Of a stretch of DNA of 20,000 nt, positions 13,687 to 20,000 are shown piece after piece (the first letter of the stretch is position 1; each line of letters begins with the position of its first letter). Source of the stretch: Halocafeteria seosinensis (Eukaryota); contig LVLI01000069.1 in NCBI GenBank assembly GCA_001687465.1, forward strand, positions 116,492 to 136,491. Reading direction: 5' to 3'. A program made the translations under genes and the position numbers. The notes under the pieces were generated by a model, which saw only the letters and a program-made list of their open reading frames with translations, was not told where the DNA came from and did no database searches.

Positions 13687-14932
13687 ATGGCCACAATCAA
13701 GATGATGGCTCTATTAAATAGGCATTTCATTGGGAGCGTACGTTCCCTGGGGTCTTCCTTTGTGGGAGGAGGATCGACCGTCTCCCCGTGGAAGACCTTG
13801 ACAGCCTCTTGTTTGTCAACGGAGGCCACGGCAGCAGCACCAGGACAGGCTAATAATGGTCCTGTATGGACTACAGAGCAGATACGAGCCACCTCTTACC
13901 CTCCTCAGAGGCAGAATGGACCCGGGAAAAAGTACTACAACCATTTCAAGAGGTATGGAATGTGTCTATGGCATTGAATTTCGTGGTGGCGCACAAAGGA
14001 CCTGAGGGTGTCTCTGTGGTCATTTGCCTCCTATACAGCGTAAAAGGCATTAACCCGTGTGTTTCTTCTTGCAGAGCCAGTAGAGAGTTATCCGAAGCTG
14101 TAAAAGAGGCCAACGAACGGAGGGAAGTGATGCTGCATGAGTTTCGGCCCAGATTTCCAGAATTCAAAGTGGGAGACGCCATTGAGCTTATTGTATGTGG
14201 ATACCCAATGCTCTATATTTAAGTGTTATTGTTTGTTCATGGCTTTTATCTGTTGCTGATTGCACAGTATGCTCCTGAGATCGGAGATAAAGAAGGTACC
14301 CTGATTCGCGGGACTGTGGTTAGCAAACGCAACAAGGGATTAGATAGCAGCTTTACGATTATCAATGTAAGTGGTAGTTCCCCAAAATGACCTACTTTTT
14401 CGTGGCCCAAGCTCGTCTTAGGATTGTGGGGTTAAATTGACATTTGCACTGAGGAAAATTCTAACTATAGATTTTAACGTGAGCGAGACGCTGAGCGTGC
14501 TTTAACTGCAATCTGAGCAATGTGTCATGTTGACCTCTCCTTACGGGTGTGCAGCTTCACGACCCGCATACGTAGTTGATTTTAACGTGCTTTTAATTTC
14601 TATCTTTGCAGCGATCTGGTGATGATGCCTATTTGGCGACTTACAAATATAGCTCACCATTGTTGCGGACCATTCGTATTATGAGGCGGCGACATGCAAA
14701 CCAAGGGAAGAAGGCTACTCGGGCTAAGCTCACGTGGTTATGGGATGCTAAGGAAAGTCTATACAAAGTTACAAAGGACACGAAAGAACAATGGGAGTCG
14801 GATCTTGAACGTCGTATTCGGCGAGAGCTTGCAGCTCGTGGTCGGGTGGCTTCGAAGAAGAATATCATGGAAGAAAAGGATAAGTTACTGCGTACTGGAA
14901 AAGGGATTTTGCAAGTCGACAAGTATCAATAA
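13687..14932 (+). CDS. MRPL19: Mitochondrial large-subunit ribosomal protein bL19 (L19); exons 13687-13952, 14075-14193, 14268-14366, 14612-14932
   Basis: PEFKVGDAIEL, RGTVVSKRNKGLDSSFTIIN, YSSPLLRTIRI and RAKLTWL match the bL19 pattern (P.F..GD, G.vi.krn.G...sf.v.n, SP....I, rAKLyyL). The basic/hydroxylated N-terminus resembles a mitochondrial presequence. Confidence 0.88.
14438..14527 (+). ncRNA. Candidate intronic box C/D snoRNA (18S rRNA 2'-O-methylation guide)
   Basis: Lies in the 245-nt intron 14367-14611. Terminal inverted repeat TGACA-T-TTGC (14438-14447) / GCAA-TG-TGTCA (14517-14527). C-like box TGAGGA (14450-14455), D' CTGA (14491-14494), D box CTGA (14513-14516). Guide TTTAACTGCAA (14501-14511) is the exact complement of the conserved SSU rRNA segment UUGCAGUUAAA. 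Confidence 0.7.
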
Positions 14933-14964
14933 GATTAAAACCATTTTCGATCGTCGAGTGAGCT

Positions 14965-16103
14965 CTAAAGGATTGCTCTGCCTAGAGCGGAGCCCAGTAA
15001 TTCGTGCCCGAATTCGACTGTTTGTGCTGGCTGGTTAGAATCCGCTGCTGCTCCGATGCTTGGGTTTACCTCTACAAGATCCATACTTCCCAAGAGTCCA
15101 CTATCTGCTGCGTATTCAGCAACAAAATGTGCTTCACGGTAATTAAGACCACCCTTTACGGTGGTGCCTGTTGACGGGGCAATTGAGGGGTCCACAGCAT
15201 CTATATCATAGCTCATATGAACGGGTCTGGCTTGCTTTCCAGCCAAGTGGTCTAAAGCCATTTCCATTACCTTTCCGATGCCATATTTATCAACTTCGAA
15301 CATGGTAAACGCTTTAAGGTTGTTATCGCGAATCGCTCTGCAAAGTAGTTAACAGAAGCAGGATTTGGACGGCAACAATAAAGACAAGCATAGAAACGCA
15401 GCGACTTTTGTTATGTTTTGTTTTAGGGTACTCACTTTCTCTCGAAGGGATCCACGTCTCGTAATCCGACGTAAACAAGATTTTCCGGGGTTAGGATTGG
15501 CACATCTTTGAGCCATTCAGATCCTGGAACATCTCCAGGCTGTAACATGCGCATGAGAAAAGAGACAGGCATTCCATGCACGTTCCCACTTGGACTTGAC
15601 GAAGGCAAATTAATGTCAGCATGTGCATCAACCCACAATACGCCAACATTGGGCCGAGCGCGCAGTACGCCAGCAATGGATCCCATCGCGACAGAATGAT
15701 CTCCGCCCACTGTCAGCACGAAGTTTCCGTCGTTGGCCGCACCGTACACTTTGTTGTGGATAGATTCATTCGTCTTGCATACTGAGTACCCATGTTTGCC
15801 TCCAACAGTCCCCTGAGGGTCCGAGGAAGTGGGTCGAAAAACTTCAGCGTCTCCTCGGTCATCAAAGCGCCATCCTAGTTCGGTCACTGTCGAAGCCAAG
15901 CCAGCGTCTCGTATTGCTTGACACCCTTTATCCACTCCTTCTTTAGGCTGGCCATACTGGAAAGGAGCGCCTATCAAACTGACCGTCTTGGGGTCCTTGA
16001 CACCGCTCTCAGGACGCATTACAGTGGAAAATAGCCTCTGATTGGCTCCGAACGGAGCCACCTTGGTTCCACGTGGCCGGAGGTGTTGCACACAAGCCCT
16101 CAT
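14965..16103 (-). CDS. ARG: Arginase (Mn-dependent ureohydrolase), likely mitochondrial; exons 16103-15436, 15337-14965
   Basis: GAPFQYGQPKEGVDKG, GGDHS, WVDAHADIN, SGNVHGMP, GLRDVD, SYDIDAVDP, TGTTVKGG and DLVEVNP are all present. Arg-rich N-terminal presequence (MRACVQHLRPRG...RLFST). One GT-AG intron at 15435-15338. Confidence 0.96.
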
Positions 16104-16531
16104 TTCTCGTTCTGCCTGCTACTTCTGATGCGATAGAAGCGAATTACGTAAACGATTTTTCTCGTGTATAACTATCCTGTATACAATGGACACTGTATAC
16201 GGCTGGTAGGTGTATACGACAGCTTTGTGAAGTTCCCCTAGATGAAGTTTTGTGGCTGTATTTGGGTCGAATTTCCGCCAGTTCCCTCAAGATTACATTC
16301 TATCGGACAAAACCATCAAAATATAGGAAATAGGAAGGGTAGTACGTCGCTGAAGGCGTCGAAGAATGGCCCATGTGTCTGGTTTTCATGAACACGACAA
16401 TCTTTCCGTCCACTTTCTATCGAACTCAAATTACAGGAGGCGCCATCAACATACACATACACACACAGAGATAGTAGATATGTCTATAGTACTGTTTAAC
16501 CGTCGTTGAGTGCTTTAATCAGAACGCAAAG

Positions 16532-19500
16532 ATGTTCTTTCGAAAGCCTCGTAAATCGCCAGCATTGACGGGGAATCGGCCATCTTCTTCCCCAGCTCTA
16601 CGGAAACGAGGTATTCACCTGCATCGCTACGCACCCGAGAGTAAGGATGAAGATGGGGTGAATGGTTCCGAGGATGGAGAGCAACGTAAACCGCGCAGAA
16701 AGGGCCCCAGCCTAGCACAACGAATATGGGAAGCCAATAAATTCCTGGACAAAGAATGGGAGGAATTGAAGGAATTTGATGAAAATGTCGTGCCTCTTCC
16801 GGAGGATGATACAGAAGACGATGGTAGCTCATCGCCCGCCTACAAGGGAACGGGGGAATACACTGATCAGCTTCGCTATGACGCCACTTACGGTGTGGCG
16901 TCCAAATTGGTGTAAGTTTGTATATTCACAAACGGCTATGGGGGTGCAAATTAATAGTTTTCTTGCTGCTGATTGAACAGCATCCCGAAACCGGGAAATT
17001 TTTTCGATAAGCAACGTTCTAGCTATAATGATACTTCAATTTCTTCTCGGACTCAGGCTCCATCGCCTTCTGCGAAGGCCAGCCTGAACTTTGACAGCGA
17101 AATTGCATCATCGCAAACGAACATTCTCGAAAACGTACCACAGACACCCCAATACGTGTATCTCGAATTGGGAGTTCGAGACAAGCAAACGAAGCAACCG
17201 CGAGACTTGGTTGAAGAACAAAGAGTGCTTCAGGATCTGCAGCGAGCTCTGGGGGGTCCCAGGATATTGATCAGGCTCAGGAACGACGTGGTTCCCAAGA
17301 CAGCCTATAACTTCTTGGCGCGTTGTATCGGCAAAGCTACTTTGGGGACCAATGAAGTAACCGTTCGCACGTTTGAAAGCGTTCCGTTTCATCGTATAAA
17401 ACCAGGATTTGCGTTTCAAGGCGGAGACGTGTTGAATTGCAATGGCACGGGAAATGTGTCGATTTATAAGGACACAAACGAAGCAGATATATGGGGCAGG
17501 TTCGAAGACGAAAATTTTCAGCTTCCACACCGGTACGGGTGTATCGCTATGGCAAATACAGGGGAAAATTCCAATGGTTCTCAGCTTTATATATATCTGG
17601 GGGAGTCTTCCGAAGGCAATCTCGATAAGAAACACGTTGTGTTTGGGGAAGTAGTTGCTGGCATGCCTTTCGTGGAAGAGATGTTACGATCTTTTAAATT
17701 AGATGAGAAGGGCGAATGTTTTCAGAAAATTGAATTGTTCGTTCAATCCTCTAATTCTGTCTCCGAAGATGAGGCGAGCGCTCGTCAATCGGCCAGTGTT
17801 CCCCTTGAAGATATGTACAGGCACCACGCAGAAGACTTGGTTAGTCAGGAAATCAGAAGCATGATTGAAGGGAAGTATATGGAAGAGACGGCCGTGATGT
17901 TGTCGACGACACCTCTTGGTATGCGCTTGGAGTCCATCCTTGACACAGGACACGGTGCAAGAATTGGTCTCACTCATGCCGGTGGGGAGGCGGAGGCGCG
18001 TGGATTGCGTGCCGGGGATGTCATTGTCCGTGCCCGTCATCGCAACTGTGAATGGAACTTGTTCTCGATGCCACTTCCGCGTGTGAAGCAACTACTTAAG
18101 GACTGTGCTCGCCTAGGAGTTACTTCCGAAGAACCATTGAGTCTCGTTGTAAAGTCCAGGGAGAAGACCAGCGATCCTTCTGCTGCGAATTTGGCGTCTG
18201 GTGATGTTGAAACCGGTAGGCCATCAGGCTGCGGGATGCTTTATGAGTTCGACCGGATCGATTTTGAAATCTCGGAACAGAGCAAGGAGCCTGCAGTTTC
18301 CTCAGATCAACCGATGGCTTCAAAACCAGATACAGTCCCCCCACCCTTCATATCTCCAGCGTCAAGCGTTTTAAAGACTGCAGTTGCTTTTAGCACCAGT
18401 ACTAGCACCAGGGATATATCGCTCTGCAGTACAAGCCACGGCCGAGCTTCCTCCAGCACCTATTCTACAAGCGATGGTGTGTTCAGCAAACATTTGGCTA
18501 CCAATTTATTTGACGCTGATACCAACGCTGGTGGTGGCGCATCCAAGCGTGTGTTTGGTTTTAGGGAGACCAGCATGTTTCCAATGACGTCACCGTTTGG
18601 TTTCACGTCTGCTGAGTCCAGTACTACCTTGACTGTAGCTGAAAGCGCGGATAAGCCCATCACCACAGCGAATACGTTCAGTGGTTTCGGTTTTGGTACG
18701 AATGCAATTTCTTCTTCAGTTCCAATGACCGGAACAACCACAGGACAGGAAACAAGTACCGTCACAGCAACCAGTGTACCGTCCTTATCGATGTCTTGTT
18801 CTTCCCTCTTTGGACAGAGTGTAACATCGACTTCTCCTGGAAATAATGCGTTGCTCCAGAATAGTAGTGGCATCTTCGCTCAAGCGCATAGGTTTGCGAG
18901 TACTGGGACATCATCGCTCGGATTTGGCGTGACGACTCCAAGTAGAAAGAGTGATCCTGGTGTGCCTTCTTGCATTCGTGATAAGAGTGGAGCATATAAG
19001 GCTATTCAGTTCAGTAGTAACTCTTTGGGTCTTCGCCTTGGTGACGGCAGCCAAGATGGTATAATGGTATCGCGTATTGAAGGTACTAGTCCTGCGTGTG
19101 GACACGTAGTAGAAGGGAAATGTCACCTGGTCCGGATTTTGTGGCCGATGAAATTGGATCCGTCTTGTTGGTACGATGGTGTAGACCTTTCGTCCCTTCA
19201 GCCTAGTGGGGAAAAGGAGAGTAATTTGGATGAGACGCTTTTACATAAGAGTCGACGATCTGCCCAGACATTGCTAAGTGGTATATTGAAGAATGAATCC
19301 ATCGAGGAGACGTTTAAGAAAGGATATCGACTAGTTCTTATATTTTCAGAGGATACGGTTGATAGATCGGTAAATGTATCGGGTATTTCATGTGATAATA
19401 AAGATACGGCTATAGGATCAAGCGGGAACGAGACGGCCACATTGGTTAGCGAATCTCAATCGAGTGAGAAGGGGATCTTCGGTTCTGAGATAGATGGGAA

Positions 19501-20000
19501 TATTGGCACACTTCCAACGACTTCATCTTTTGGCTTCGCTTCTACTGAGTCCAGTACTACCTCTAGTATAGGTGAAAGTGTGGATAAACCCATGACCACA
19601 GCGACTTTGTTCAGTGGTACTGGCTTTGGTATGGATGAAATTTCTTCGTCGGTTCCGTTGAGCATGGGATTCTCTGTTCCGGTTTCATCTCCAGCAACCG
19701 GAACAAATAGAGGACAGGACACGAGCACTGTATCAGCACCTAGTTCAACGTCCTTATCGATGTCTTGTTCTTCCCTCTTTGGACAGAGTGTAACATCGAC
19801 TTCTCCTGGAAATAATGCGTTGCTCCAGAATAGTAGTGGCATCTTCGCTCAAGCGCATAGGTTTGCGAGTACTGGGACATCATCGCTCGGATTTGGCGTG
19901 ACGACTCCAAGTAGAAAGAGTGATCCTGGTGTGCCTTCTTGCATTCGTGATAAGAGTGGAGCATACAAGGCTATTCAGTTCAGTAGTAACTCTTTGGGTC
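16532..20000 (+). CDS. Large multidomain protein, 3'-truncated by the window: charged N-terminus, cyclophilin-type PPIase (~17150-17740), PDZ (~17880-18155), FG/Ser-Thr spacer, PDZ-like (~18995-19350), FG spacer, start of a third PDZ-like (~19964->)
   Basis: Exon 16532-16911, intron 16912-16980 (GTAAGT...AACAG), then a stop-free frame from codon position 16982 to the window end (1006 codons; absent from the ORF track, presumably because no stop is reached). Cyclophilin motifs: VPKTAYNF, FHRIKPGFAFQGGD, NGTG, FEDENF, AMANTGENSNGSQ, LDKKHVVFG. PDZ motifs: PLGMRL...GGEAEARGLRAGDVIV and SLGLRL...GIMVSRIEGTSPA. Confidence 0.88.
18590..20000 (+). repeat. Intragenic tandem duplication, period 969 bp (323 codons) in the 3' part and 933 bp in the 5' part
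   Basis: 18780-19031 equals 19749-20000 (252 bp) with a single synonymous difference (TAT/TAC at 18997/19966). The upstream part ~18590-18779 aligns with ~19523-19748 at lower identity, with a 36-nt in-frame insertion in the second copy. Confidence 0.95.

Noticed and set aside
16449..16470. Short (AC)/(ACAT) microsatellite-like tract
   Set aside because: Too short and imperfect to be meaningful.
18780..20000. Direct repeat as LTRs or a CRISPR-like array
   Set aside because: The repeat is in frame inside a continuous coding exon, with no TG..CA ends, no TSD, no transposase or RT, and no repeat-spacer periodicity.

Overview
Gene-dense eukaryotic nuclear DNA with short GT-AG introns (mostly about 50-120 nt) and the standard genetic code. 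It probably comes from a flagellated protist: CFAP99, katanin p60 and a presequence-bearing arginase would fit a stramenopile-like lineage, but this is inference only. Hand-built spliced models give nine protein genes: the 3' end of a DHHC palmitoyltransferase (+), an orphan secreted 6-Cys protein (-), katanin p60 (+), endonuclease G (-), a long disordered protein with a PP1-type RVxF motif and a shugoshin-like tail (-), CFAP99 (-), mitochondrial ribosomal protein bL19 (+), arginase (-), and a >1130-aa protein that runs off the right edge (+) and is missing from the ORF track. That last protein is the most unusual element: a divergent cyclophilin, then a PDZ domain, then tandem modules of [Ser/Thr-rich FG spacer + PDZ-like domain], with a near-identical 969-bp-period duplication. 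The second notable element is a candidate box C/D snoRNA, antisense to a conserved 18S rRNA segment, inside the oversized third intron of the bL19 gene. No CRISPR array, rRNA, tRNA or autonomous mobile element was seen. All homology calls rest on recalled motifs, not database searches.
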